NCBI GenBank assembly: GCA_963695345.1
Contig: OY968769.1
Location: forward strand, 224,001-288,000
Origin: an uncultured Methanomassiliicoccales archaeon
GTDB taxonomy: Archaea > Thermoplasmatota > Thermoplasmata > Methanomassiliicoccales > UBA472
DNA: 64,000 nt
Reading direction: 5' to 3'
In this document: positions 43,164 through 55,600 of the stretch, piece after piece
How positions within the stretch are numbered: the first letter of the stretch is position 1
How the letters are laid out: each line of letters begins with the position of its first letter
Notes under the pieces: model-generated
Database searches by the model: none
What the model was told of the DNA's origin: nothing
What the model saw: the letters and a program-made list of their open reading frames with translations, nothing else
Position numbers and translations under genes: made by a program

Positions 43164-44861
43164 ATGTCAGACATGAACCTTGAGCTCGTCATCCGGAAGT
43201 ACGCCCTCCAGAATGCCGTCCAGCACAACGGGTCGGCCAATCCCAAGGCGGTCCAGGGTAAGGTACTGGCAGAGCAGCCCGAGATGAGGACCAGGGTGGT
43301 GGAGATATTGCCGCTCATTGCCCAGATCATCGGCATTGGTGAACGGCATGTCGGTGGAAAACCAGCGCAAGGAGCTTGAAGGGATCGACTCCACCATGCT
43401 GAACAAGAAGGAAAAGGTGGAGCGCATCCATGTTCTTCCGGACCTTCCCGGCGCCAGCGATGGCAATGTGGTGATGCGTTTCGCCCCCGGACCCTCGGGG
43501 CCGCTGCACCTGGGTCACACCAGGGTCGCGATCCTGAACGACGAGTACTGCAAACGGTACAACGGCGTTTTCGTCAACCGGATGGAGGACACCAATCCGG
43601 AGAAGATCGACCCAGACGCCTACCGGATGATCCCGGAGGACCTGGAGTGGATGGGCGTCAAGGTCAGCAAGACTGTGATCCAGTCTGACCGGTTCGACCT
43701 CTACTACGATATTGCCAGGCAGCTGATCGAGAAGAACGCCGCCTACGTCTGCACCTGTCCCGCGGACGAATGGAGGAAGATGAAGGAGGAGGGCAGGGCG
43801 TGCCCCCACCGCGATCTGCCGAAGGAGACGCAGCTCGAAATGTTCGACAAGATGCTGGCCGGGCATTTCGAAGAGGAGAAGGCGATCGTGGTAGTCAAGA
43901 CCGACCTAAAGCACCCGAATCCGGCGGTCAGGGACTTTGTCGGTCTACGCATCGTAAAGCAGGCGCACCCACGCGTCGGGACCCGATTCTGCGTCTACCC
44001 GGCCATGAACTTCTCGGTCGCCGTCGACGACCATTTCCTGGGGATGACGCATGTCATCAGGGGCATCGACCACCTGAACAACACGCTGCGACAGGAGTAC
44101 ATCTTCAATTACTTCGGCTGGAAGATGCCGTGGTACCATCATTATGGACTGGTCTCGATCCCGGAGGCGATCCTGAAGACCTCGACGGTGGGGAAGGGCA
44201 TCAAGACCGGAGAGTACTCCGGGTGGGACGATGTCCGTCTCGGAACCGTCCGGGCCATGGAAAAGAGGGGCATCTCGCCCAACGCCATACGGCAGTTCTG
44301 GGTGGACTGCGGCATCAAGGATGCCAACATCGAGTTCTCCTGGGAGAACCTCTACGCCTACAACCGGGACATCGTGCAGAACGAGGCGGACCGCTACTTC
44401 TTCGTGTGGAACCCTGCCCAGCTCAGGATCACCGGCGTCGACAAGCTAGAATCGCATGCGCCGCTGCACCCGGACCACCCGGAGAAGGGAGTGAGGAAGA
44501 ATCGTTATGGAAGGCGACCCGATCGAGGTCAGGGTCGTCAGTGAGGACTTGGCCAACGCGCAGGAGCGAGGCAAGCTGAGGCTAAAGGACCTGGGCAACA
44601 TCGAATTGGTGGAGCCGAGCGCGGGCAAGTACATCGGCAATGACCTGGGCATCCTCAAGGAAAAGGTAAAGATCATCCACTGGGTGCCTTCTGACTCAAC
44701 AGCCGGCCACGGTTTTCATGCCTGATGGGACCACCAAGGAAGGCTTCGCCGAGACCATCCCTGAGTTCGAGGTCAACAAGGTAGTCCAGTTCGAGCGTTT
44801 CGGTTTCGTGAGGATCGATTCAGTCTCCCCCAAGGTCAAAGCCTATTACACGCACCCTTGA
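43164..44861 (+). CDS. gltX: Glutamyl-tRNA synthetase, archaeal; frameshifted
   Basis: YALQNAVQHNG, MRFAPGPSGPLHLGH, THVIRGIDH, YSGWDDVRLGT and VVQFERFGFVR. Confidence 0.95.
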
Positions 44862-44952
44862 GCGAGCGATACCGTCATACTGACCTCGGACGTTGCTGTG
44901 ATCCAAAAAACGGATCGAACAGAGAACCTTACCGCAAACAACCGATGTACTC

Positions 44953-45603
44953 TCACCTATTTGCGAACGATATCACGTTCGGCAGGAACAGGGACCACAG
45001 GATCGTCATACCCAAGTATACCAGCACCAGACCGCACATCAGGTAGATGGTTCTGAAAAGCCGTGGTTCCAAGTATCTTCTGCCATAGGCTATCAGCCCC
45101 GGGAATATGAAGCACCAGCCGATCGATCCCGTCATGTACCCCAGCAAGAAAATGATGAAATCGTTCAGGACGGGATTCGGGACTATGACGGATATTGCTG
45201 AACCGCCGATTCCCAGCCAGAAAGCCAATTCCATCGGGTTGCACAACGACACAATCATGCCGGCGACGAATTCCCTACCTCCGGAATCGACCCTGACGCC
45301 CTCGATATCAGTAAGGCAAACATCCCTGAAAGCCCGGTATGCCAGATAGAAAAGCATCGCCGCCCCGATTAGACTGAGCGCGATCTGAATGTTCCGATCT
45401 CTGACCAGGATGGCAAGCCCGGTCAGCGCTACAACTGCCCACGCTAGGTCACCGATGCAAGAACCTAGTTCCAGTGAGAAGGCTGGCTTGAATCCTCCCT
45501 TGACCCCTCTTCTGAAGGCTTCCGTGTTCACTGCGTCTGGCAGCGCACAGAAGATCAACCCCAGGACCAGGGCTGAAGCATAGAGGAGGATCGATTCGCT
45601 CAT
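44953..45603 (-). CDS. LysE-family exporter
   Basis: CALPDAVN..GF..GD and SLCNPMELAFW; hydrophobic. Confidence 0.85.
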   Translation of the reverse strand: MSESILLYASALVLGLIFCALPDAVNTEAFRRGVKGGFKPAFSLELGSCIGDLAWAVVALTGLAILVRDRNIQIALSLIGAAMLFYLAYRAFRDVCLTDIEGVRVDSGGREFVAGMIVSLCNPMELAFWLGIGGSAISVIVPNPVLNDFIIFLLGYMTGSIGWCFIFPGLIAYGRRYLEPRLFRTIYLMCGLVLVYLGMTILWSLFLPNVISFANR

Positions 45604-45669
45604 CGATTATCAATCTGAGCAACGGATATTAGACCCCTTTCGGCTCGAAATGATCGCTCCCGCACGATC

Positions 45670-47578
45670 TTAGAGTGTGAATAGGAAGTGAGCCAGCCCC
45701 CCCAGGGAGAACGCGATCGCTAATGACGCGGTCGTTACTTTTATCGAATCCTTGATCCCGAACTCCTTCACCATCACGGCCAGCGCCGACATGCAGGGCA
45801 CGTATGTCGCCATTATCAGCGCGAACACGAACAACTGCTCCGGGTCCATGACCGACGCCAGATTGGCGGTGCCGAATAGGATGACCAGCAGCTGCAGTGA
45901 CATCTCCTTCCGCATCACTCCGAAGATGAGCGCGACGATGATGATGGCCGGCAATCCGAGGAACCCTACCGTGAAGGGGGACAGTGGATCGACCAGTGCT
46001 CCGAGCACACCGTAGTTCATGAGGAACTCCAGCACCAGGCTTCCGATCAAAAGGATCGGGAACGCCACGACAAAGAAGTCCTTGACGCGCATCCAGGTCT
46101 TGAACAGAACGTTCCTGGGCTGGGGCATCGCCATGTCCGGTATCTCGAACATGAGTCCGGACGGCTCGAACTTCATGAAGCGGTTCAGCAAGCGACCCAG
46201 GACCAGCAGGATGGCCAGCAGGATCAGGTAGATCAACGCCGCATACCAGATGCCGCCGAACTTGCCGACGGTCCCGAGTATGACCACCGTCTGCGCCGAA
46301 CAGGGCACCGCCAAGATCGTGATCGTGGCCAGGATCAGCCGTTCCCTCTTTGACTCCATCACCCTGGTGGCAAGGATCGCCGGCACGTTACAGCCGGTGC
46401 CGACTATCATCGGGATGATCGCGCGGCCGTGCAGTCCGAACTTGTGCATCACCCCGTCCAGCAGGATGACCACCCGGGGCAGGTAACCGGAATCCTCCAG
46501 CAGCGCCAGGATCAGGTAGAACACCAGGATGTAAGGTATGACTATGGAGATGATGGCCTGGATGGAGAGGTCGATGCCCTGTGCTATCGACAGCCCGAAG
46601 GTCCCGCCAATGGCGCTGGCCAACCCCTCGAAGAACCCGGACGTCAGGTTCCAGGTATACTGTCGACAGCACTCCTTCCAGTGCTCCCCCCACGATGACG
46701 ACCGTGAAGAACACGCCGATCAGCACCGCGAACAGTATCGGTATGCCGGTGTTCGGCTTCAGGGTGATCTCGGATATCCGTTCCGCCCGGGTCAGATGAC
46801 GCTCCGACCCGGCTCTGCACCTTCCCTATGGTGAGACCGGCCTCGCCGTAGCGGTCCCGGTTGATGTGCACATCGATGTCCTCGTCGTGCTTTAGATTGA
46901 AGGCGGCCCGCACCTCGACTGCCATCTTCTTGACGCTCTGCGGGAAGGTGGTCAGTGAAGTACTGATTGCCCTCCAGCAATTTCAGGAGAGCACCTCGGG
47001 CGGGATATACCGATTCCACCATCGAGGCGGCCGGGGTGAGCAATTGTAAGACGTTCTCGATACCTTCGCGCGTACCTTATGGAGAAATCCGAGACCCTGG
47101 CCTTGTTCTGTATGATCGATTCAACGAGAACATCCACACCCTCTTCGGTCAGTGCCACCATCGGGACGACCGGGACCTTGATTATGTCCTGCAGGAGCTT
47201 GACGTCGATCTGATGGCGCCTGCGGGCGACGTCCATGAAGTTGAGGGCGACGATGACATTGAACCCCAGCTCGATGAGCTGGTAGATCATGACCAGGCTC
47301 GGTTCGAGCCGAGTGGCGTCCGCGACCGCTACCACAACGTCAGGCCGGTGCTCCGCCAGCAACTTGACCGCGACCACCTCGTCCTCGGTCGCGCCGGTGA
47401 GCCCATAGGTTCCCGGGAGATCGTATATATGAAGCGTCACTCCCTTATGCAGGACCGTGCCTTCCAGGTACTCGACCGTGGTGCCTGGATAGTTAGAAGA
47501 AATGGCGCCCACGCCGGTCATCCGATTGAAGAGCACGGATTTTCCGACGTTCGGGTGCCCTACCAGGGCTACCTCCAT
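45670..47578 (-). CDS. feoB: Ferrous iron transporter FeoB; frameshifted
   Basis: GHPNVGKS, NYPGTTVE, DLPGTY, LEDSGYLPR, GTGCNVPA, PCSA and YVPC. Confidence 0.95.
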
Positions 47579-48286
47579 CAGGCGACCCCGGTGTCCACCA
47601 TCCGTCGGTCCTTACCGCATGTGCCCGCCTTCTGAACAAAGACGATGGCGGCATACTCTTTGGCCAGTGCGATCCTGTTGTCATCCACGCTGACCAGGAA
47701 CGGTCCGCCCATGGGCAGTTCTTCCTCGACGCAGACCTTACGCCCGGGCACGAAGCCCATGGATATTATGCGCCTCACTTTGGAGGACTCGGTGCATTTC
47801 AGGTGGGTGATGAGGCCAGCCTCGCCCGGCTTCAGCATGGACATGGATATGGTTGGCTCCCCTATGCAATCCAGGCAGTTGTTCTCACATTTGCGGGATG
47901 GGTTTTCCTTTGGGCGAGGTCGCCGGATTGTTCATCATCTGGCACAGGCTCTTCTCGCTGACGTCGGAGATCGTGTGCTCCAGGCGGCAGGCCTCCTCGT
48001 GGCTCTTCTCGTTGCTCACCCCAAGGATGTCGACCAGGAACCGCTCCAGCAGTCTATGGCGCCGCTTGATCTTAGAACCGATGCGGTTGCCTTCCTCCGT
48101 GAGAGTTACTCCCTTATACTTCTCATAAATGACATAGCCTTCTTCCGCCAGTTTCTGGACCATCTCGGTGACGCTGGCGGGGGATACTTTTAGCTCCGAG
48201 GCGATGTCGGTGGTCTTGGCTGGCTTGCCCCTCTGGTTAAGCTCCCATATGCTTTCCAGATACTCTTCGATGTTCTCGCTCACCAT
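47578..48286 (-). CDS. DtxR/MntR-family metal-dependent repressor with C-terminal FeoA domain (frameshift near 47900 joins two ORFs)
   Basis: EEYLESI, SPASVTEM, RRHRLLERFL, EEACRLEH and SPKGKPIP; shifted frame CENNCLDCIGEP leads into the FeoA-like ORF 47578-47844; TGATG overlap with feoB. Confidence 0.88.
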
Positions 48287-48319
48287 TCAATCGACGGAAC
48301 CAAGCTAGCACTATATAAT

Positions 48320-48337
48320 ATTTAGGAGAACCTAAAT
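48320..48337. promoter_or_regulatory. DtxR-type operator palindrome adjoining the promoter of dtxR-feoB
   Basis: ATTTAGG-AGAA-CCTAAAT perfect inverted repeat with the TTAGG...CCTAA core of DtxR boxes, directly next to TTATATA on the minus strand. Confidence 0.75.
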
Positions 48338-48403
48338 TTAGTTGTACGAATGATAGTCCTGAGCGGTTTTCCCGATTCTAATACCCTTGAGCTATTCCAT
48401 CGC

Positions 48404-49210
48404 TCACGACCTGCCGGCCTCTCTGGCGGAGATTAGTGCCTGGATGAAAATGGCGGAAAGGAATCCGAGCACCATATACCCGCACACCGATTCGAAAAGC
48501 ATGACCCCCTTTCCCACACCGGTGGCAAAGATGTCCGATGAACCGAGCGTGGTGAAGATTAGACCGCTGAAGAACATCGCGTCCCAGAAAGTGACGGACA
48601 TCGCCGTGGGCGGGTCGGCAAACACGTCGGTCCTGACTAAAAAACCATTCACGAAGTAAATGGTGGCGAAAGTGTACATCACCAGAAATATGGTCATCAA
48701 GACCAGCCATAGCGACACCCTGGATTGGCTTTGGGCTATGCCATGGCGGATCACCGATTCCACCAACAGCGTTATCACCAGGACAAGAGGGACGACCATG
48801 ACGGTGGAAGAGCTGACCCTCAGCACCGATATGACCTCGCTGCCAAGACCGATAGGTAGCAATGCCGAGGCGGTGTAGACCGATATCGTAATGATGATCA
48901 TCCACAGCACCACCGTTCCGGATTGCCTCAGGCGGTCTTCGGTAAGCTTGCGGTTGAACCGGTACAGAACCGCCGCGGTCAGATAGAAAACGCCGTTGAG
49001 CCCGAAGAACACAATCCCCGATTCCAGCCATGCAACCGATTCCCGGCTCGGTCCCCCGATGATCGGGACGATAAGGAACACCAGGAAGAACCCCCAGATG
49101 ACCGATCTGGCGGGCATATCTGACACCTTGAAGAAAAGGGAGAAATAGTCAAATATCCCGCTGGTCGAGTAGATCCGGTTCCTCCTTCCAGGCGTTTCCA
49201 TTTCGGCCAT
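48404..49210 (-). CDS. Potassium-channel-family membrane protein with atypical filter
   Basis: TFWDAMFFSGLIFTTLGSSDIFATGVGK..FESVCGY pore region; six TM helices. Confidence 0.8.
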   Translation of the reverse strand: MAEMETPGRRNRIYSTSGIFDYFSLFFKVSDMPARSVIWGFFLVFLIVPIIGGPSRESVAWLESGIVFFGLNGVFYLTAAVLYRFNRKLTEDRLRQSGTVVLWMIIITISVYTASALLPIGLGSEVISVLRVSSSTVMVVPLVLVITLLVESVIRHGIAQSQSRVSLWLVLMTIFLVMYTFATIYFVNGFLVRTDVFADPPTAMSVTFWDAMFFSGLIFTTLGSSDIFATGVGKGVMLFESVCGYMVLGFLSAIFIQALISAREAGRS

Positions 49211-49301
49211 GAAATCATTCTGCGAGTTCATAGGTCAACGGCTGCCTAATCAGGTTTTGCCTTGCCGACCGAAGCATCATGCGAAGGGATCTAGAAAAGC
49301 C

Positions 49302-50337
49302 TCAAACATCCCGGAACGGAACGATGTCACAGCATCCGCACTCATGGCACATGGTGCGATATGTGAGCGGAGTTATACCGTTCTCTTCCATTATGGCCTT
49401 GGCCTTGATGGCCAGGTCCACGATCCTCTCCGGAGTGACCGGTTCCAACGGACCCAGTGCCTCGGTCAACGGTTCCCGGTTGAAATTGTTGATCCGCAGC
49501 GGACGGAGGGTTGCCACGATCCCCCTTTCCGCGAAGTATCTGATGCCGTCGAGCAGGTTCTCATCCGATTCCCCAAGCCCGACCAGCAGGTTTGTGGTCA
49601 CCTTGCCCCGCCCGAACACCTCCACGGCATGATCGAGCGCCTCCAGGATGAACTGGTAGTGCAGCTTGCCGCACACCTTGGCGAACCGGTCCGGGTCGAA
49701 GGTCTCGATGTTGAGCTTGATCTCGTTGGCGCCAGCGGCCTTGAGGTCATCCACATCGCTCAGGGTCCAGATGTATGGTTCGACGCCGATGGGAACGTCC
49801 GGCAATGCTTTCCGAGTCTCCCGTCACCACGTAGAGCATGCGCTCCACCGTCTTCTGCGGGGAGTCGACCACCGCGCTGGTGAAGGCCACCGACCGGAAC
49901 CCCTCCTTCTTCGACGCCTCAATGGCCATCTGAACGACCCGTTCCGGCGAGAGGTTCTTGGTGATGCGCTGATCAAGTTTCCGCGACGCGCAGAACTTGC
50001 AGTCATAGATGCAGTCTTGCGCCAGGTTGAAGAAGGCCTGCTCCGGGGCGTGGGCGATCGTCGGCCGGATCTCGACATCCTCAAGGAAAGGCTGTCCGTT
50101 CCGCAGGACCCGGAATCCTTTCTCCTTCGGAACGAGCTCGAACTCTCCTTCCTCTCTGCTGATCGCTTTCTTGCAGCGCGCCCCCTCGAACGCGATGACG
50201 ATAGAAGTGGAACCAGCCCCGGGACCGGCGGTGGACCGGCTAGGGGTGAAGGGCAGGACCAGGTCCTTCGGTATCCTGAGCGGCCCTCCCGTTATCAGGA
50301 TGGCCTTCCTCTGCGCCAGGCTCAGGCGGGCTTCCAT
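49302..50337 (-). CDS. Radical SAM protein (biotin synthase-like fold), one frameshift near 49820
   Basis: CIYDCKFC motif, NIETFD, NLLVGLGES and C-terminal CHECGCCD. Confidence 0.9.
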
Positions 50338-51719
50338 TTCACGCCCTCCGCGGTGTCCTCCAGAACGATGCCCTTCTCGGCCAATTGGTTCCGGATGGAG
50401 TCCGCTAGGTCATAGGCCTTGCGCTTGCGCAGCTCTTTGCGAACCTCGATGAGGATCTGCATCACATCTTCCAGATGGTCTCCCTTCATATCGGACTGGG
50501 GCAGGATCCCGAGGATCTTGTCCAGTTCCTCGAACAGGGAGATGATCTTCTCCGCCCCCTTCTTGGAGAGCATCTCATGGTCCATCAGCTTGTTCGACTC
50601 GCGGGCGGCATCGAAGATCGCGGCGATCGCCCCGCGCGTGTTGAAATCGTCATCCATCTGCTCGGTGAACTCACTCCTGGTCTTCTGCGCCAGGTCCTCT
50701 GCGTCGTAGTTGCCGGTGGCGGTCGGCGCATAGTCCTTCAGTTCGGTGTAGGCGTTCTGGATCCGCTTCAGGCTGGACGCCGCCTCGTTGAGCGCGCTCT
50801 CGCTATAAGTGAGGGGCCCGCGGTAATGGGTATTGAGCAGATAGAAACGTATCTCCTGGGTCTTGTAGTGGGAGGCGATGTCCTTGACCGTGAAGAAGTT
50901 CTTCAAGGATTTGGACATCTTGGCGTCCTGAACCTGGAGCATGCCGTTGTGCATCCAGTACTTGGCCAGGGGCTTCCCGGTGACCGATTCGGACTGAAGG
51001 ATCTCGTTCTCGTGGTGCGGGAATATGAGGTCGTTCCCGCCGCCATGGATGTCAATGGTCTCTCCCAGGTACTTCAGGCACATGGCGCTGCACTCGATGT
51101 GCCAGCCAGGACGTCCCGGACCCCATGGGGATGGCCATGAGACCTCGCCCGGCTTGGCCGCCTTCCACAGGCAGAAGTCCATTGGGTTGTGCTTGATCTC
51201 GTCGACGCAGACCCGGGCACCGGAGATCATCTCCTCCTGCTTGTTGCCGGAGAGCTTACCATATTCTTCGACCTTGTCGACGGAGAAATAGACACTACCG
51301 TCCTCGGTCTTGTAGCCATAGCCTTTGTCGACCATGCGCTTGACCATGTCAATGATCTCGGGAATGCACTCGCTGGCCTTCGGATAGATGTCGGCCTTCT
51401 TCACTCCCAGCTTGGCGATGTCCTCGAAATACTTCTCGATGTACATCGCCGAGAGGTCCAGCGGTTTGATCCCCATCTCATTCGCACGGTTGATGATCTT
51501 GTCGTCCACGTCGGTGAAATTGGTGACCAGCGTGACCCCGTACCCTTTGAACTTCAGGTATCGGGCGACCATGTCGAAAACGATGATGGAACGGGCATGG
51601 CCCATGTGAATGTCATTGTAGACCGTGACACCGCAGACATACATCCTTACCTTTCGGCTGTCGATCGGTACGAATTCCTCGGCCTGTTTGGTCATTGTGT
51701 TATAAAGTGACAGTCCCAT
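50322..51719 (-). CDS. cysS: Cysteinyl-tRNA synthetase
   Basis: MYVCGVTVY, HMGH, GRPGWHIECSAM, DIHGGGNDLIFPHHENE and KMSKS. Confidence 0.98.
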   Translation of the reverse strand: MGLSLYNTMTKQAEEFVPIDSRKVRMYVCGVTVYNDIHMGHARSIIVFDMVARYLKFKGYGVTLVTNFTDVDDKIINRANEMGIKPLDLSAMYIEKYFEDIAKLGVKKADIYPKASECIPEIIDMVKRMVDKGYGYKTEDGSVYFSVDKVEEYGKLSGNKQEEMISGARVCVDEIKHNPMDFCLWKAAKPGEVSWPSPWGPGRPGWHIECSAMCLKYLGETIDIHGGGNDLIFPHHENEILQSESVTGKPLAKYWMHNGMLQVQDAKMSKSLKNFFTVKDIASHYKTQEIRFYLLNTHYRGPLTYSESALNEAASSLKRIQNAYTELKDYAPTATGNYDAEDLAQKTRSEFTEQMDDDFNTRGAIAAIFDAARESNKLMDHEMLSKKGAEKIISLFEELDKILGILPQSDMKGDHLEDVMQILIEVRKELRKRKAYDLADSIRNQLAEKGIVLEDTAEGVKWKPA

Positions 51720-51752
51720 GCATATCGCCTATTGCGTGACATGCAACTATCC

Positions 51753-52403
51753 TTATTTGGGCTTTTTTAGCTCATCCTCTAATAATGAAAGACGTCGCTC
51801 CAAGTCCGATAGCTTGTTTGTGATGTTGGTTATGGCGTCCCTCAATGGGTCCGGCAATTCGTCATGGCGGAGATCCGTCTTGACCACTGGCAAGCCCTCC
51901 CTTTTGACCACCCGGCCTGGAATGCCGACCACCGTGCAGTTTTGAGGGACGTCTTTGGTCACCACCGACCCGGCGCCGATCTTGACGCAATCCCCTATGG
52001 AGATATTCCCGAGCACTATCGCCCCCGCACCAATGGTCACATTGTTCCCGATCGTGGGGTGGCGCTTGCCCTTGCTGGTGCTGACCCCACCCAGGGTCAC
52101 ACCCTGGAAGATGGACACGTTCTCCCCGATGATCGTGGTTTCTCCGATGACCACCCCGGTAGCATGATCGATGAAGAAACCCTTGCCGATCGTTGCCCCT
52201 GGGTGTATGTCCGCTCCGGTCAGGAACCGGCCAAAATAGTTGAGCGCCCTGGCAAGCTTGAAGTTGCCTCTCAAGAACTGCCGGTGTGATATCTTCTGGA
52301 GCAGGATCGCGTGTAGACCTGGACTGAACCATAACGCCTCGTTGAACGACCGCGCGGCAGGGTCTCGTTCAAGGACCGTGTAGACGGAATCTTTCCAGCT
52401 CAT
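51753..52403 (-). CDS. cysE: Serine O-acetyltransferase
   Basis: RDPAAR, TGADIHPGA, FFIDHATGVVIGET and KRHPTIG hexapeptide repeats. Confidence 0.97.
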   Translation of the reverse strand: MSWKDSVYTVLERDPAARSFNEALWFSPGLHAILLQKISHRQFLRGNFKLARALNYFGRFLTGADIHPGATIGKGFFIDHATGVVIGETTIIGENVSIFQGVTLGGVSTSKGKRHPTIGNNVTIGAGAIVLGNISIGDCVKIGAGSVVTKDVPQNCTVVGIPGRVVKREGLPVVKTDLRHDELPDPLRDAITNITNKLSDLERRLSLLEDELKKPK

Positions 52404-52637
52404 GACTGGTGCTTAAAACAGGTCCGGACACATATAGATTTCCAAAAAAAAGACTGCTGGCATTGATCAGATAATCCAGCATGACTCAGATCCTGTCGGC
52501 GCGTGTCCAGATTTTCATCCATATCGAAGGGGTTATGTCGCTTCCGATACCTCAACTGGACATTTCATTTTTTGGTTTTTTCCTCATTTTGTTTATATAT
52601 TTTGCTGAGGAGTGCCTAGGTCAGAACGGAGCCATTG

Positions 52638-55600
52638 ATGGACAGTATTGCGACGCTGACATTGTACAATACCATCATCGTAATCCTCGCCTTTATTCTC
52701 ATGGTCGTGGTCTGGAGGATGAGCCATCAGCCAAGCCGCTATGTCTTCGCCGCCATCCAGGCACTGATAATGGTCCTTATGGCCAGTTATACTTTCGATG
52801 TTGCATCGTCAAGTCTCGAAGAGAAGTTGTTCTTCAATAATTTCGAATATCTGAGCATGACGTTCATCCCGTCATTCGTTATGGTGCTTGCGTTCATGAC
52901 AACGGGCAAGACCGCATGGCTGACCACCAGGCGACTCTTGCCATTGTTCGGAATTTCGTCCTTCTTCTATCTGGCCTTGGCCACTAACAACTACCATCAC
53001 CTGTTCTACTCCGATGTGACGCTGGCATCGGACCCTATCTATTCGTTCGTCACGGTCCGCGGGCCGTTGTTCTATGCCTTCTTCATTGCCGCCTTATCTG
53101 AACTGGTCATCGCATCGCTGATCATCTGGAAAGCGAATCGGAAATCGGGCTTAGCCCAACAGAGGCGGATGAAGGTCCTGATTGCAGCCTGCCTGAGTCC
53201 GGCGATCATGACGTTCCTTGGCATCATGGCTGAGGATTGGATCCCATCGGAGATGATGGTCATCACCGGGATCCTGCTCAGCAGCGTGCTCCTATTCTTC
53301 GGGACGTTCGGATTCGAACTTTTCCGCATGCTTCCATTCACTTTCGATTCAACGGTCAGGACCCTCAAGGACGGGGTCCTCATCGTCGACGAGAATAAAA
53401 TGGTCCTGTATGCTAACCCGGCGTTGCCCGCACTGATCGGACAACCTAAAGAGATAGAGCTGGCCGGCGAGTTCCTTGACCGATTGCTGCCGAGCTTTCC
53501 CTTCCAGCTACTGGATGACAAGGTGAGCTCGGAGAACCAAGAGGCGGAGGAGATACAGATACTTCCGGGAAGGTTCTACGATATCCAAGTATCAAAGATC
53601 CATAATCGGAAACATACCACGATCAGCAGCCTGGTCACCATTAGGGAGGTGACGGAAAGGAAAAGGCTGGAGGAAGATACCAGACAGTCACGTGAGCTCT
53701 ATACCAAGATCTTCCAGTCCAGTCCGGCAGCGATCGTTCTATCACGTGTCGATAACGGAGAGTTGATCGAGGTCAACCAGATGTTCGTCAAAATCTCTGG
53801 ATATGCCAGACACGAACTGATCGGCCATACCACAATGGAACTGGGCATCTGGGAGAACGACGGGGACCATGGGCAAATGGTAGAACTGGCCAGGTCCAAT
53901 GGGGTCAAGCGCAACATCGAGCTGAACTACCGCCGCAAGGATGGGGCCATGCGGATCTGCAATGCCAGTCCGCAGATGATAGAGCTGGACAATATTCATT
54001 GCATGCTTTCGGTCATCGAGGACATCACTGAAAAGCTGGAGATCGAGGAACGGATAAGGATCAACGAGGAGAAGTTCCGTACCTTGTTCGACTACGCCGG
54101 AGATGGCATCTATATCGCGGACATGAAGGGCAGCATCATCGATGCCAACGGAAAGGCTCTGGACAGACTTGGCTACACCCACGATGAACTGATCGGAAAG
54201 GGATTTGCCGAGATCGTCGCCCCCGGTGACATTCCCCAGGTGATCGCAGGATTACAGGAACTTTGGACCACTGGAAATACATTCCGTGAGCTCAACGGCC
54301 TTTCGAAGCAGGGTAAGAAAGTGCTTGCTGAGATCAATGCCAGGACCATCGATATCACCGGTCGAAAGATGTTACTCATAATAAGCCGGGACATTACGGA
54401 AAGAAGGGAAGGAGAAAGGGCACTCAGGAATGAGAAGGAACGCCTGGACGTCACCTTGAACAATATTTCCGAAGGGGTCATAGTAACGGACATGGAAGGA
54501 AGGACGATCCTTGCCAATAACTCAGCCGCGAATATGCTCAACCTGGAAAGGAAGGGTATGGTGGGCTTGAAACTGGGAGATATCTATCACCTGGAAGGCT
54601 CGGCCAGTGGTGAAGATGCCGTGAGCGCGATCGTGAAAGCGCTGAAGAACGGCTCGGCATCCACCTCCTACCGGGTCAAGCTGAGATCAGACCAACAGTA
54701 TCTGCTGATAAATGAGTCAGCATCCCCGATTTTCGAAGGAGAGAAGATGGTAGGCGCCGTTCTTGCCTTCCATGATGTGACCGCCGAGAAGAATCTCGAG
54801 GAGGAGATATCCAAGGCGGCGCGGTTGCGTACCATTGGTGCCCTGGCCGGGGGGATCGCTCACGATTTCAATAATGTCCTCACGATCATCATGGGCAATA
54901 TCGAACTGACCCGAAAATCGATCGGGTCTGAAACCGAACCAGAAAAATGGCTCGATGACATATCGAGAGCACTGGAAAGGGCCAAGGAATTGTCCAATCA
55001 GCTGCTCACTTTCTCGAAGGGAGGAGCCCCAGTCAAGAGGGACATTGCTCTTGCGGAGGTTATAAACGATGCCGTTTCCGAACTCTCAATCGATAGAACG
55101 GTCCGTGTAGACCTAAACCTCTCCAAGGATCTGGGAAAGATCAATGTCGACGAAAGGCAGATGAAACAGGCATTGATGCATGTGCTAAAGAACGCCCACG
55201 AGGCCATGCCTGAGGGCGGAGTGTTGGGCGTGTCCGCGGTCCGCTCACTCATCCATGAAAGGAACCCGTTCCTGTCGCCTGGTGAATATGTGCATATCCA
55301 GATAAGGGACACTGGGTATGGCATACCCTCCACCGAGATGGACCATATCTTTGAGCCATACTTTACGACCAAACAAGACCATGCCGGAATGGGGTTGGCG
55401 GTCGCATATTCGATAGTGAAGGCTCACGGCGGCCACATATCGATCGATTCCGATGTGGAAAGGGGAACCATGGTCCACATTCATCTGCCTTCCATGAAAC
55501 CGGACAAGCCATCGGACAAGATGGCGAAAAAACCCGCCGTCCGGAAGAACCAGCTAAAGATATTGGTCATGGATGATGAACAGATGATCCGGGAATTGGC

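Noticed and set aside
43164-44861. Frameshifts in gltX (also fbp, nadA, sod, feoB, ubiD) as programmed frameshifting or pseudogenes
   Set aside because: They hit essential genes at scattered positions with no shared slippery motif and no amino-acid decay; sequencing indels are the simpler explanation.
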